A stretch of 64,000 nt of DNA from Spirochaetia bacterium (GTDB taxonomy: Bacteria; Spirochaetota; Spirochaetia; CADAEX01). Each line of letters opens with the position of its first letter. Position 1 is the stretch's first letter. Position numbers and translations under genes: made by a program. The notes under the pieces were generated by a model. It had not been told where the DNA came from, searched no databases, and saw nothing but the letters and a program-made list of their open reading frames with translations. Location of the stretch: positions 2,944,001-3,008,000 of the forward strand of contig OY759746.1 of the NCBI GenBank assembly GCA_963662795.1, given 5' to 3'. This document shows positions 19,403 to 29,700 of this stretch, piece by piece.

Positions 19403-21187
19403 ATGCTTAAAGAATATAAAACACTTTATCCCTATGTCAAAAAACATTTTTTCTCGTATATTTTCGGCCTGTTTTTTCTGGTTATAACAGACGGCGGACA
19501 GCTTGTTATCCCCCAGATGATAAGAAGGGCGGTTGATCTGATTGCCTCAGGTGATTTTGAATTAAAAAGTGTCGGAAGCCTTATGGTGGCAATGATCGGT
19601 GTTGCATCCGCAATTGCCGCCGGAAGATTCGGATGGCGGGTTTTCATTCAGGGGTCCTCAAGAAGGATCGAAAATGAGCTCAGGGAAAATCTCTTCAGTC
19701 ATCTTTTGAAACTCTCTTCAACTTATTTCAATAACATGAAGACAGGGGATATCATGTCCCGCTTTACAAACGATATGCACAATATCAGGATGGCAACCGG
19801 TATGGCCCTTGTCGCTTTCGTGGACGGCTTTTTCATGACGCTTGTTATTCTGATAATCCTGTTTAAACAGTTCCCCGGTCTTGCAGGTTTTACCATACTG
19901 CCCCTTCCTGTTGTTTTTTTGATAGTTTTGGGCGCAGGCAGGCTTCTCGGGCCGCGGTTCCAGAAAGTGCAGGATTCATACGGACATGTAAGCGATGAAG
20001 CGCAGGAGGCCTTGTCCGGCATCAGGGTAATAAAAACTTTTGTGCGGGAAAGGCACTTCCTGTCAAGATTTTCTTCAGCCAATGAAGAATACCTTAAAAG
20101 CAATCTGGCTCTCGTTAAAATATGGGGATTCCTTTTCCCCGTGATCACTTTTCTTTCAGGGCTTACAACCCTTCTTCTGCTGTGGTTCGGAGGCTCCGGC
20201 GTCATGAAGGGAACGCTTTCCCCGGGGGACTTTGTCGCTGTCCTGAGTTATCTTGGAATGCTTATTTGGCCAATGATAGGCGCCGGATTTACCATCAACC
20301 TGTTAAACAGGGGGGCCGCATCCTTAAGCCGGATAAATAATATACTTAATGAACAGCCTGATATCATCTCCTTTCCGGGTGCGGATGAGTCTATCCTTCC
20401 GGGAGAGCTTGAAGTCAGAAACCTTACATATTCCTTCCCTGACGGGAAGACTCCTGTTCTTGATGATATTTCATTCAAGGTCAGGCAGGGAGAGACTCTT
20501 GGAATTCTCGGCGAGACCGGCTCCGGAAAGAGTACTCTGCTGAGGATACTGCCGAGGCTTCTCGAAGCGCCGGAAGGCACAGTCTTTTACAGCGGCCGCG
20601 GCATAAGAGAATACACGTTGTCAGCACTCCGAAGGATGATTGCCTCGGTTCCGCAGACTACTTTTTTATTTTCAGACACTGTAAAAGCAAACATTGCCTT
20701 CGGAATTTCCGACGCGCTTACTGGTTCACAGCCTGGCCATGGAGAGCAGGAAAACAGGCTTAGAGATCTGGCCCGGATTTCCACGATAGACAGGGACCTC
20801 TCCTCATTCCCCGAAGGCTGGGATACGACTGTGGGTGAAAAAGGTGTTACTCTCTCCGGGGGCCAGAAGCAGCGGATATCAATATCGCGGGCCCTTGCAT
20901 CTGAGCCTGAAGTACTTATTTTTGATGATGCCCTTTCGGCGGTAGACACCGAGACAGAAGAGAAAATTCTTGACAATCTGATCGCCCTGAGGAAGGGGAG
21001 GACCAATATTATTGTAAGCCACCGTGTTTCAACCCTGATGAAAGCTGACCTTGTACTGGTTCTTAAAAACGGCCGGATAGCACAGAAGGGAAGCCCTGAA
21101 AAACTTCTCGGAGAGGACGGGATATTCAGAAGGATTTATAATCTTCAGCAGATTTCAAGACACGAGGAAGGATCAGCCCATGGATGA
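19403..21187 (+). CDS. ABC exporter, fused TMD-NBD (MdlA-like half)
   Basis: TM domain, GETGSGKS, LSGGQKQR and degenerate Walker B LIFDD. Confidence 0.92.
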   Translation: MLKEYKTLYPYVKKHFFSYIFGLFFLVITDGGQLVIPQMIRRAVDLIASGDFELKSVGSLMVAMIGVASAIAAGRFGWRVFIQGSSRRIENELRENLFSHLLKLSSTYFNNMKTGDIMSRFTNDMHNIRMATGMALVAFVDGFFMTLVILIILFKQFPGLAGFTILPLPVVFLIVLGAGRLLGPRFQKVQDSYGHVSDEAQEALSGIRVIKTFVRERHFLSRFSSANEEYLKSNLALVKIWGFLFPVITFLSGLTTLLLLWFGGSGVMKGTLSPGDFVAVLSYLGMLIWPMIGAGFTINLLNRGAASLSRINNILNEQPDIISFPGADESILPGELEVRNLTYSFPDGKTPVLDDISFKVRQGETLGILGETGSGKSTLLRILPRLLEAPEGTVFYSGRGIREYTLSALRRMIASVPQTTFLFSDTVKANIAFGISDALTGSQPGHGEQENRLRDLARISTIDRDLSSFPEGWDTTVGEKGVTLSGGQKQRISISRALASEPEVLIFDDALSAVDTETEEKILDNLIALRKGRTNIIVSHRVSTLMKADLVLVLKNGRIAQKGSPEKLLGEDGIFRRIYNLQQISRHEEGSAHG

Positions 21188-23297
21188 CGAAAAAATTATC
21201 CGGGGTCTTGATGCCGCGATAATGAAAAGGCTTTTCCGGTATGTTAAGCCTTACAGCTTCTGGTTTATGGTTGCTGTAGCGGGATTGATATTTGCGACCA
21301 TAGGGGAGCTTGTTACACCTGTCCTGCTTCAGAGAGCTATTGACCGGCATATTATTGTTTCCTGGTCCGCCTTTATTGAGAAACCGAAAGAGAAAACCGA
21401 CCCCCGCGTTAGTATGGTTTTGGATAAATCTGATTTACCGCCTGTGCATATCGGGGGGCTGATATTTGTCACTTCTGATGCAATGGGTATATTAACCGGC
21501 AGCGAAAAAAAGGAATTGATTGAAAAAGGTCTGCTTGAAAAAGAGGGCTGGTATCTGTTTTCACCCGAAAAGTCAGGTATTGATTTAGCTTTACTTAAAT
21601 CCTCATATCCCGGATATTTTATCGGAAATCAGGATTCAGCCGCTGTAACAGTTGAAAATCTTAAAACCCTTTCGCATGAGGAACTCAGGCTGATAAGGAA
21701 GGGTGATTTCAGCGGATTGATGAGGTATTCTGTTTTTTACCTCCTTCTTCTGCTGGAAATACTGGCATTTTCGTTCCTGCAGGTTTATATCATGGCTTAC
21801 ATCAGCCAGAGCGTGATGCGGGACATGAGGCACGAAGTCCTGGGGCATACTTTCAGGCAGTCTCTTTCCTTTCTAAACAGCCGCCCGGTGGGCAGCCTTG
21901 TAAGCAGGGTAACTTCCGACGTTGAAACAGTAAATGAATTATTCACGTCAGTCGCCACCTCTTTACTGAGCGATGTGTTTGTTATGGCAGGCGTTGTTTT
22001 CGTCCTTTTTACCCTTAACTCAAGGCTTGCCGTAATAACTGTATTGACCCTGCCTCCGGTATTTGTTCTTACATGGTTTTTCAGGAGCCGCGCCCGGGAG
22101 GCATACAGGCAGGTAAGGCTCTGGGTTTCCAATGTAAACGGCTTTCTTTCCGAGCATATCTCAGGGATTGAGGTAATACAGATGTTCAGCAGGGAAAGGA
22201 AGATAAGGGATGATTTTAATGCCAAAAACAGGCAGCTGCTTAAAGCCGAGCTTGGGGAGATGTATGTTTTTGCCGCCTTCAGGCCCCTTATAGATTTTTT
22301 TACTTCTGTATCGACAGGGGCTATCCTTTATTTCGGGGCCAGGTACTTTACAGACTCAACACTTTCTCTTGGGGTACTGATAGCATTTGTTAACCTTGTG
22401 GGGCAGTTTTACCGTCCTGTAATGGACATTTCCGAAAAATTCAACATAATGCAGTCCGCAATGGCGGGAAGCGAGAGGGTTTTCGATCTTCTTGATACTA
22501 AAAATTCAATTCCCGACAGCGGTAAAATGGATACCATGGACTTCATCGGCAGAATAGAATTCCGGAAAGTTAATTTTTCCTACAACCCCGGCGAGCCTGT
22601 GCTGAAGAATCTCTCTTTTATCCTTAATCCCGGGGAAACAGTTGCGGTTGTCGGATATACAGGTGCGGGAAAAACTACAATCGCAAGCCTTGCCGCCAGA
22701 TTCTGGGATACAGGCAGCGGGGAAATCCTTGTGGACGGAAGGAACATAAAGGAATATTCGCTTGATTCCCTTAGAAAGTACATTCAGACTGTCCAGCAGG
22801 AGGTCTTCCTGTTTTCAGGGACTCTTGAGGAAAATATAACTTTAGGGAAAACCATTTCAAGTAAAGAACTCGAGAGGGCCGCTGCCGCGGTACAGGCCGA
22901 CAGGTTCATCAGCGCTCTTCCCGAAGGGTTTTCCACTATGGTCAAGGAGGGCGGGGTCAACTTTTCCGCGGGGCAAAGGCAGCTGATTTCTTTCGCGAGG
23001 ATTATTGCAAATGACCCTAAAGTTGTTATTCTTGATGAGGCAACCGCCAGTGTGGATACAGAGACGGAAAAACTTATCCAGCTCGCGTTAAGCGAAATAC
23101 TGAAAGACAGGACAAGCCTTGTCATTGCCCACCGCCTTTCAACAATACGCCACGCTGACAGGATACTGGTGCTTAACGAAGGAAATCTTGTTGAGGAAGG
23201 CCCGCACGATAAACTCATGGCAATGCGGGGGGCTTATTTCAACCTGTACCGGCTGCAGTATGAGAAAAACGGTGTTAGTGATAAATTATATAATTGA
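21180..23297 (+). CDS. ABC exporter, fused TMD-NBD (MdlB-like half)
   Basis: GYTGAGKT, FSAGQRQ and ILDEAT. Overlaps the partner gene by 8 bp. Confidence 0.92.
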   Translation: MDDEKIIRGLDAAIMKRLFRYVKPYSFWFMVAVAGLIFATIGELVTPVLLQRAIDRHIIVSWSAFIEKPKEKTDPRVSMVLDKSDLPPVHIGGLIFVTSDAMGILTGSEKKELIEKGLLEKEGWYLFSPEKSGIDLALLKSSYPGYFIGNQDSAAVTVENLKTLSHEELRLIRKGDFSGLMRYSVFYLLLLLEILAFSFLQVYIMAYISQSVMRDMRHEVLGHTFRQSLSFLNSRPVGSLVSRVTSDVETVNELFTSVATSLLSDVFVMAGVVFVLFTLNSRLAVITVLTLPPVFVLTWFFRSRAREAYRQVRLWVSNVNGFLSEHISGIEVIQMFSRERKIRDDFNAKNRQLLKAELGEMYVFAAFRPLIDFFTSVSTGAILYFGARYFTDSTLSLGVLIAFVNLVGQFYRPVMDISEKFNIMQSAMAGSERVFDLLDTKNSIPDSGKMDTMDFIGRIEFRKVNFSYNPGEPVLKNLSFILNPGETVAVVGYTGAGKTTIASLAARFWDTGSGEILVDGRNIKEYSLDSLRKYIQTVQQEVFLFSGTLEENITLGKTISSKELERAAAAVQADRFISALPEGFSTMVKEGGVNFSAGQRQLISFARIIANDPKVVILDEATASVDTETEKLIQLALSEILKDRTSLVIAHRLSTIRHADRILVLNEGNLVEEGPHDKLMAMRGAYFNLYRLQYEKNGVSDKLYN

Positions 23298-23329
23298 AAA
23301 ATATAGAGATGTAAAGGAGAAGAATAAAT

Positions 23330-23782
23330 ATGTTTACAGCAGGAATGAAAGCGCCTGATTTTACGCTTAAAAATGAGGAAGGCAGGGAGATTTCTTTAAA
23401 GGATTTTAAAGGTAAAAAGGTTGTTGTCTATTTTTATCCGAAGGACAATACTCCGGGCTGTACAAAGGAGGCATGCAGCTTTCGCGACAGTTATGATGCA
23501 ATCCTTGAAAAAGGGGCGGTAGTCATAGGAATATCGGCCGATTCAGAAAAGTCCCATGAAAACTTTAAAAGTAAATTCGGACTTCCTTTTTTTCTTTTAA
23601 GCGATCCTGAAAAAAAAGTGATAAAAGCTTTCGGTGCATGGGGCGGGAAAAGCATGATGGGTAAAAAATATGAAGGCATTCTCAGGTCAACATTTGTAAT
23701 AGACGGCAGCGGAGTTGTTGTCAAAGTTTTTGATAAGGTAAAGACAACCGTTCACGGAGAAGAGGTTTTGTCAGTTCTTTAA
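23330..23782 (+). CDS. bcp: Thioredoxin-dependent peroxiredoxin BCP
   Basis: YFYPKDNTPGCTKEAC and RSTFVID. Confidence 0.93.
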   Translation: MFTAGMKAPDFTLKNEEGREISLKDFKGKKVVVYFYPKDNTPGCTKEACSFRDSYDAILEKGAVVIGISADSEKSHENFKSKFGLPFFLLSDPEKKVIKAFGAWGGKSMMGKKYEGILRSTFVIDGSGVVVKVFDKVKTTVHGEEVLSVL

Positions 23783-23910
23783 ATGCCGGCTTTTGATCAG
23801 GTAATTAAGGGCTCTCATTAAATAAGTAAAGCATATTATCATTTTCTTTTATGATTTTAGTGTGTAATCCGGTATTAATAATTTTGTAACAGGAAAAACA
23901 GGGGCGAATA

Positions 23911-25296
23911 ATGAAAAGCAACAGGGGAAAAGCTGTCCTTACGGAAGGTGCTGTAGGCAGCCTTCTTGTTAAACTTACCATTCCGATGATTTTCGGAATT
24001 CTGGGAATGGTTATCTACAACCTTGTTGATACTTTTTTCGTCGGAAGACTCGGGAAAGATCAGCTTGCTGCCCTCTCTTTTACCTTCCCGGTAGTCCTTA
24101 TAATCGGCAGCATCTCCCATGGCCTGGGAATAGGAACTTCCGCCCTTGTCTCAAGGGCGATAGGTGAAAATGATTATAAAAGGGTAAAGCGTCTTGCCAC
24201 AGACAGCCTTGTTCTTTCGCTCCTTGTTGTTGCTTCCTTTGTCACTGCGGGTCTTCTTACAATTGATCCGCTCTTCAGGCTTCTCGGGGCCGGCGACAGG
24301 GTTATACCGTATATTAAAGAGTATATGTCTGTATGGTATTTCGGGATGATTTTCGTAGTTGTCCCGATGGTCGGCAACAATATCATAAGGGCAACAGGCG
24401 ATTCAAAAACACCGGGTGTCATCATGATGATCGGCGCGCTGATGAACGGCATTCTTGACCCTGTACTTATATTCGGCAGCAGCGCTATCCCGGTCCTGAA
24501 CGCTGCAACAGCATATCTGGGCTTTGAAATCCCCCCGTTCGGCATAAAGGGAGCGGCTGCCGCGACCCTTATCGGCCGCTCGATTACCTTTTTTGTTGCT
24601 ATTTATGTTTTAACAATAAGGGAAAAGATTATCTCTTTTAAAAGACCTCGCGTCCGGGAAGTCCTTGATTCATGGGGAGAGATACTTGCCATTGGTATTC
24701 CCAACACTGGAACAAGAATGATAATCCCGATCGGAGCCGGAGTTATCACGAGAATTATTTCTTCTGAAGGGGTACTTGCTGTCGCCGGCTACGGAATTGC
24801 CACAAGAATAGAGTTTTTCTCTCTTGCCGCTGTTAATGCCCTCTCAAGCATAATCGGCCCTTTTGTCGGTCAGAACCTCGGGGCCGGAAAACTTGAAAGG
24901 GTCAGGGAAGGGATCAAAAAAGGGAACATGATGTCGATTATCCTCGGGAGTTTCTTTTTTACGCTGCTTTTTTTTCTCTCAGGAAGGATTGCCTCTGTAT
25001 TCAGCAGTGATCCGTTCATTATATCAACGGCATCGCTTTATCTCAGGATAGTTTCTGCAGCATACTGTTTTCAGGGCATATATCTTATATCTGTTCCAGT
25101 ACTGAATGTATTTGGAAAACCGCTTATAGCAAGTTTTTTAAGTATAATCGAGGTATTCATTCTTATTATACCATTGGCGTTTTTAGGGGGAAAATTCTTC
25201 GATATACCCGGAATATTTACCGCCATAGGTGTAAGTTATCTGCTTACCGGATTGATATCAGCCTATTTGGTTAAAAAAATGGCTGAAAGATTATAG
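23911..25296 (+). CDS. MATE-family efflux transporter
   Basis: YNLVDTFFVGRLG, RATGDSK, LDPVLIFG and GQNLGAG. Confidence 0.93.
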   Translation: MKSNRGKAVLTEGAVGSLLVKLTIPMIFGILGMVIYNLVDTFFVGRLGKDQLAALSFTFPVVLIIGSISHGLGIGTSALVSRAIGENDYKRVKRLATDSLVLSLLVVASFVTAGLLTIDPLFRLLGAGDRVIPYIKEYMSVWYFGMIFVVVPMVGNNIIRATGDSKTPGVIMMIGALMNGILDPVLIFGSSAIPVLNAATAYLGFEIPPFGIKGAAAATLIGRSITFFVAIYVLTIREKIISFKRPRVREVLDSWGEILAIGIPNTGTRMIIPIGAGVITRIISSEGVLAVAGYGIATRIEFFSLAAVNALSSIIGPFVGQNLGAGKLERVREGIKKGNMMSIILGSFFFTLLFFLSGRIASVFSSDPFIISTASLYLRIVSAAYCFQGIYLISVPVLNVFGKPLIASFLSIIEVFILIIPLAFLGGKFFDIPGIFTAIGVSYLLTGLISAYLVKKMAERL

Positions 25297-25407
25297 TATT
25301 TCGCATCTTTAACCAATAAAAGACTGACTATGGCATTTTGATCCTGCAAAAGGCTGAGGATAACTGAAATACACCTTGAAAAAATAATAGTGTTTCTACA
25401 AAAAGAA

Positions 25408-25436
25408 TTGACAGTTAGCACTATTTAATATAATGT
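25408..25436 (+). promoter_or_regulatory. Putative sigma-70 promoter of trpB2
   Basis: TTGACA-17 nt-TAATGT (a TATAAT lies at 15-nt spacing). Confidence 0.45.
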
Positions 25437-25471
25437 TACTACACATAGAAACATTAAAAAAGGAGTATTTT

Positions 25472-26863
25472 ATGCCGGATACAAAGATATTTTTAAACGA
25501 ACAGGATATGCCCAGGCAGTGGTATAACCTTGCCGCCGACCTTCCAAGTCCAATGCAGCCTCCGCTGGGGCCTGACGGAAAACCTGTAACACCGGAAATG
25601 CTTGAGCCCATATTTCCGAAAAGCCTGATCGAGCAGGAGGTCAGCCAGAAGAGGTGGATAGATATTCCTGAAGAAATTCAATCGCTCCTTAAAATCTGGA
25701 GGCCGTCTCCGCTTCGAAGAGCGCATAACCTTGAGAAATTTCTTAAAACGCCCGCCAAAATTTATTATAAGGATGAGAGCGTATCGCCTCCGGGAAGCCA
25801 TAAACCCAACACCGCGGTGGCCCAGGCCTGGTACAACAAGCAGGAAGGCATTACAAGCCTTACCACAGAAACCGGGGCAGGGCAGTGGGGAAGCGCCCTT
25901 TCTTTCGCGGCAGCCCTTGTCGGTCTTGAGTGCAAGGTCTTCATGGTAAGGATCAGCTTCGACCAGAAACCATTCAGGAAAATTATGATGCAGACCTGGG
26001 GGGGAACCTGTATAGCAAGCCCGAGCATGGAAACAAATGCGGGCCGGGAAATTCTCTCTAAAACTCCCGATACTCCGGGAAGTCTCGGTATCGCGATAAG
26101 CGAGGCGGTTGAGGCCGCGGTTGCAGACTCCACCGGCAAAACCAAATACACGCTCGGAAGCGTGCTTAATCACGTTATGCTCCACCAGACCATTATAGGC
26201 CAGGAAGCGAAGAAACAGCTTAAAATTGCAGGTGTAAAGAAACCCGATATTGTCATAGGCTGCGCGGGCGGCGGAAGCAATTTCGCAGGTCTTGCGTTTC
26301 CTTTTGTCAATGATAAAATCAACGGCGCTGATATAGAAATCATCCCTGTTGAGCCGGCTTCCTGTCCGACTCTTACAAAAGGGCCGTTTACATACGACCT
26401 CGGTGATTTTTCAGGAATGACTCCTCTTCTTCCCATGTATACTCTTGGCCACAATTTTGTTCCGCCCCCTATTCATGCCGGCGGCCTGAGGTATCACGGG
26501 ATGGCCCCGCTTGTTTCCCAGACTGTTGTTGAGGGGCTCTCATCCCCCAGGGCGATACATCAGCTTGAATGCTACAATGCCGCGATTACATTCGCAAGGA
26601 CTGAAGGTATTGTTGTCGCGCCTGAGACAAGCCATGCGGTTGCGGCAGCGATTCAGGAAGCGGTAAAGGCTAAGGAAGAGGGAAAAGAGAAAGTCATTCT
26701 CTTTAACCTTAGCGGGCACGGATTTATGGACATGAAAGGTTATGAAGCTTTTCTCGGCGGCAAGCTATCAGACTATGAACTTCCTTCAGAGGAAATTGAG
26801 AAAAACCTTGCTGCTTTAAAGAATTTCCCGAAAGCAGAAATCAGAAAAACCGGAAAATGGTAA
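25472..26863 (+). CDS. trpB2: TrpB2, stand-alone tryptophan synthase beta-like PLP enzyme
   Basis: [34 protein letters not shown] and [18 protein letters not shown] before ATG 25472. Confidence 0.93.
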   Translation: MPDTKIFLNEQDMPRQWYNLAADLPSPMQPPLGPDGKPVTPEMLEPIFPKSLIEQEVSQKRWIDIPEEIQSLLKIWRPSPLRRAHNLEKFLKTPAKIYYKDESVSPPGSHKPNTAVAQAWYNKQEGITSLTTETGAGQWGSALSFAAALVGLECKVFMVRISFDQKPFRKIMMQTWGGTCIASPSMETNAGREILSKTPDTPGSLGIAISEAVEAAVADSTGKTKYTLGSVLNHVMLHQTIIGQEAKKQLKIAGVKKPDIVIGCAGGGSNFAGLAFPFVNDKINGADIEIIPVEPASCPTLTKGPFTYDLGDFSGMTPLLPMYTLGHNFVPPPIHAGGLRYHGMAPLVSQTVVEGLSSPRAIHQLECYNAAITFARTEGIVVAPETSHAVAAAIQEAVKAKEEGKEKVILFNLSGHGFMDMKGYEAFLGGKLSDYELPSEEIEKNLAALKNFPKAEIRKTGKW

Positions 26864-26866
26864 TAA

Positions 26867-27160
26867 ATGAAAGAACAAAAATTTACTGACGGTAATCCGG
26901 TAAATCCGGATTACCGGGCAGTTGAGGAGATTTACTGTAAAATGCTCGGCCACAATATAACGTTTTCATACTGCATAAGGCCGGGCAGTGATATTTTCTG
27001 CCGGAATATAGCAGGCTGCTGGGCAGGAAGGATGGATATTGAATCTTATCTGGCTGAAAGGTTTACGGAAGAGGAAATAGATCAGGCCCTTAAGCCCAAA
27101 CCTCCAAAAATATTGAGCCTTCTTGAGCTGATTGAGAAGGCAAAATCCGCTTCGCAGTAG
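26867..27160 (+). CDS. Small Cys-rich hypothetical protein
   Basis: YCKMLGH...YC...CRNIAGCW. Starts 3 bp after the trpB2 stop. Confidence 0.7.
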   Translation: MKEQKFTDGNPVNPDYRAVEEIYCKMLGHNITFSYCIRPGSDIFCRNIAGCWAGRMDIESYLAERFTEEEIDQALKPKPPKILSLLELIEKAKSASQ

Positions 27161-27216
27161 AACGAACAGGAAAAATGGTATATTCTCTACTACCAGGAAA
27201 CTGAGGGAGAATATAA

Positions 27217-28281
27217 ATGGATAGTTCTATTGGTGTCGGCCTGATAGGGTTCGGAATGGCGGGCAGGGTGTTTCACGCGCCTGTAATCGCCAGTGTCCCC
27301 GGGTTAAAGCTTGTTAAAATTGTAACAGGAAAAAGCGAAGCGGCTTCCCTTGCCCGTCAAAGATATCCGCAAGCGGAAGTTGTCCCGGATTACAGGAAAC
27401 TGTTGGAAGATGATTCCATTCAGCTTATAGTCGTTGCAACGCCTAACACATCTCATGTTGAACTTGCCTCTGACGCTCTTGAAGCGGGGAAACATGTTGT
27501 CGTTGAAAAACCCTTTACAATTACGGCAGCGGAAGCTGATTCTCTTATCAAGCTGGCTGAGCGAAGAGGGAAAATTCTTACTGTCCATCAGAACAGGCGA
27601 TGGGACAGCAATTTTCTTACAGTAAAAAAAGTCATTGAAAAAAAACTTATCGGCAATATTGTAGAATATGAAGCACATTTCGACAGGTTCAGAAACTATA
27701 TAAAGGAAAATGCCTGGAGAGAGGAAACCGGCCCGGGATCGGGGATGGTCTATGATCTTGGAAGCCACCTGATCGATCAGGCCCTGTCACTTTTCGGACT
27801 GCCTGAATATGTTGCGGCTGATATCAGGACACAGCGGCGCGGCGGGACGGTTGATGACGCTTTTGAGATTATTCTTTATTACAAGGGGCTTAAAGTTACT
27901 TTAAAGTCTGGAATGCTTGTAAAAGAGCCTTTGCCCCGTTTTATCATTCTGGGGGATAAAGGCTCATTTGTGAAATACGGAACAGATGTCCAGGAGGAAT
28001 TGCTTAAAAAAGGGCTTTCTCCTGCTGATGATATAAACTGGGGAAGCGAACCTGAATCGATATGGGGAGTATTGAACACCGAGATAGAAGGCCTTAACTT
28101 CAGGGGAAAACTGGAAAGCGTAAAAGGCGATTACCGCGAATTTTACAGAAACACTGTCAATGCTGTTTCGGGCAGGGAAAACCCTGCTGTATCAGCGCAT
28201 GACGGCCGCAATACTATCAGGATAATAGAGCTGGCATTTGAAAGCAGCAGGTCAGGCAGGAGAATATCATTTACACAGTAA
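27217..28281 (+). CDS. Gfo/Idh/MocA oxidoreductase (YdgJ/IolW-like)
   Basis: GLIGFGMAG, HVVVEKPF, HQNRRWD and YDLGSHLIDQA. Confidence 0.92.
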   Translation: MDSSIGVGLIGFGMAGRVFHAPVIASVPGLKLVKIVTGKSEAASLARQRYPQAEVVPDYRKLLEDDSIQLIVVATPNTSHVELASDALEAGKHVVVEKPFTITAAEADSLIKLAERRGKILTVHQNRRWDSNFLTVKKVIEKKLIGNIVEYEAHFDRFRNYIKENAWREETGPGSGMVYDLGSHLIDQALSLFGLPEYVAADIRTQRRGGTVDDAFEIILYYKGLKVTLKSGMLVKEPLPRFIILGDKGSFVKYGTDVQEELLKKGLSPADDINWGSEPESIWGVLNTEIEGLNFRGKLESVKGDYREFYRNTVNAVSGRENPAVSAHDGRNTIRIIELAFESSRSGRRISFTQ

Positions 28282-28394
28282 GATGCAGTAATACATGCCG
28301 GGCAGTTCCAGGTGCGGCCGGCAGGTTTTTAAATAAATATACTTTATAGAGGTTTTTTTGTTTTGAACAGCTTTAATATTGTGAACGGGTTAAT

Positions 28395-29642
28395 ATGAAC
28401 CGGACAGTCATTGTAACTGCACTCGGATCAGCGCAGATAATAGCCTACGGAACCACATACTATCTCCTTACTGTTCTTGCACCGCATATAACCCGGTCTA
28501 CCGGCTGGCCTTCGGGCTGGATATTCGGTTCATTTACAGCAGCTTTACTGGTATCCGGTCTTGTATCGCCGCGTGTCGGCAGAGTGATAGACCGCTTCGG
28601 CGGCCGTCCTGTCCTGGTGTCAAGCGCGGTTTTTCTTGCTGCTGGTCTTGCCATGCTCGGAATGTCCCCCTCTTTACCTGTTTTTATAGCCGGGTGGGTA
28701 ATTATCGGTATTGGAATGGGTACAGGGCTTTACGATCCTGCCTTTTCAACACTAGGCCGCCTTTACGGGGAAAATGCCCGCAGCGCTATTACATATGTAA
28801 CGCTTTTCGGCGGATTTGCGAGCACGATCTGCTGGCCTTTAAGCGCGTTTCTGGCCGGCTACGGCGGCTGGCGGTTCGCCTGCCTTACCTACGCGGCTGT
28901 CCACGCATTTATTGTTCTGCCTCTTTACCTCTTTCTGATTCCTTCAGAAGAAGAGCTTATTCCTTCATCTGCGGTCCCTTCACCTGGTTTGCCTGCCGGT
29001 AAAATCTGGAAAGAAGGCAAAACCGCTAAAACAGCTAAATCCGGGCAGCGGCCTTTTCTACCGGTAAAACCTGATGACAGGAAGGTTTTTTTCCTTCTTG
29101 CCGCGGGACAGACGCTTGCCTCTGTTGTAATAACAATTCTGGCGGTTCATATACTTGTGCTGCTTCAGGCGCGCGGCGTGAGCCTTGCTGTTGCCGTAGG
29201 ACTCGGCGCCCTGCTCGGCCCAAGCCAGGTCGGAGCGAGGATACTTGAGGCTCTCCTCGGCCGCCGGCTTCATCCTGTGTGGAGCCTTGTCGCGGCTACA
29301 GCTGCGGTTGCCGCCGGACTCGGTTTGATGACAATTGGGGCAGGGTTTGTAACGGCGGGAATTATAATCTATGGCGCCGGCAACGGTATCCGCTCAATAG
29401 CGCGGGGGACGGTGCCTCTTGCCATCTTCGGCAGGGAAGGCTATGCGAGTCTTATGGGGATGCTTTCAATGCCTGTTCTTATTATGCAGGCAGCATCACC
29501 TCTTATGGGGCTTGCGCTGATAAAATATACAGGAGCTGAGAATACAATGCTTATTCTGTGTATAATTTCTGTAATAAATATTTTGATTGCTGCCGCACTT
29601 ATACCTTATACGCGGCAGCAGGTTCCGGCAGCAGTAAAATAA
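28395..29642 (+). CDS. MFS transporter
   Basis: Motif A GRVIDRFGGR, GLYDPAF, TLFGGFASTICWP and about 12 TM segments. Confidence 0.88.
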   Translation: MNRTVIVTALGSAQIIAYGTTYYLLTVLAPHITRSTGWPSGWIFGSFTAALLVSGLVSPRVGRVIDRFGGRPVLVSSAVFLAAGLAMLGMSPSLPVFIAGWVIIGIGMGTGLYDPAFSTLGRLYGENARSAITYVTLFGGFASTICWPLSAFLAGYGGWRFACLTYAAVHAFIVLPLYLFLIPSEEELIPSSAVPSPGLPAGKIWKEGKTAKTAKSGQRPFLPVKPDDRKVFFLLAAGQTLASVVITILAVHILVLLQARGVSLAVAVGLGALLGPSQVGARILEALLGRRLHPVWSLVAATAAVAAGLGLMTIGAGFVTAGIIIYGAGNGIRSIARGTVPLAIFGREGYASLMGMLSMPVLIMQAASPLMGLALIKYTGAENTMLILCIISVINILIAAALIPYTRQQVPAAVK

Positions 29643-29700
29643 ATCCAATATCTTATTCAGGTAGAGTCAGGCTCTGTTAACCCCGGCTGAAGGATCAGCA

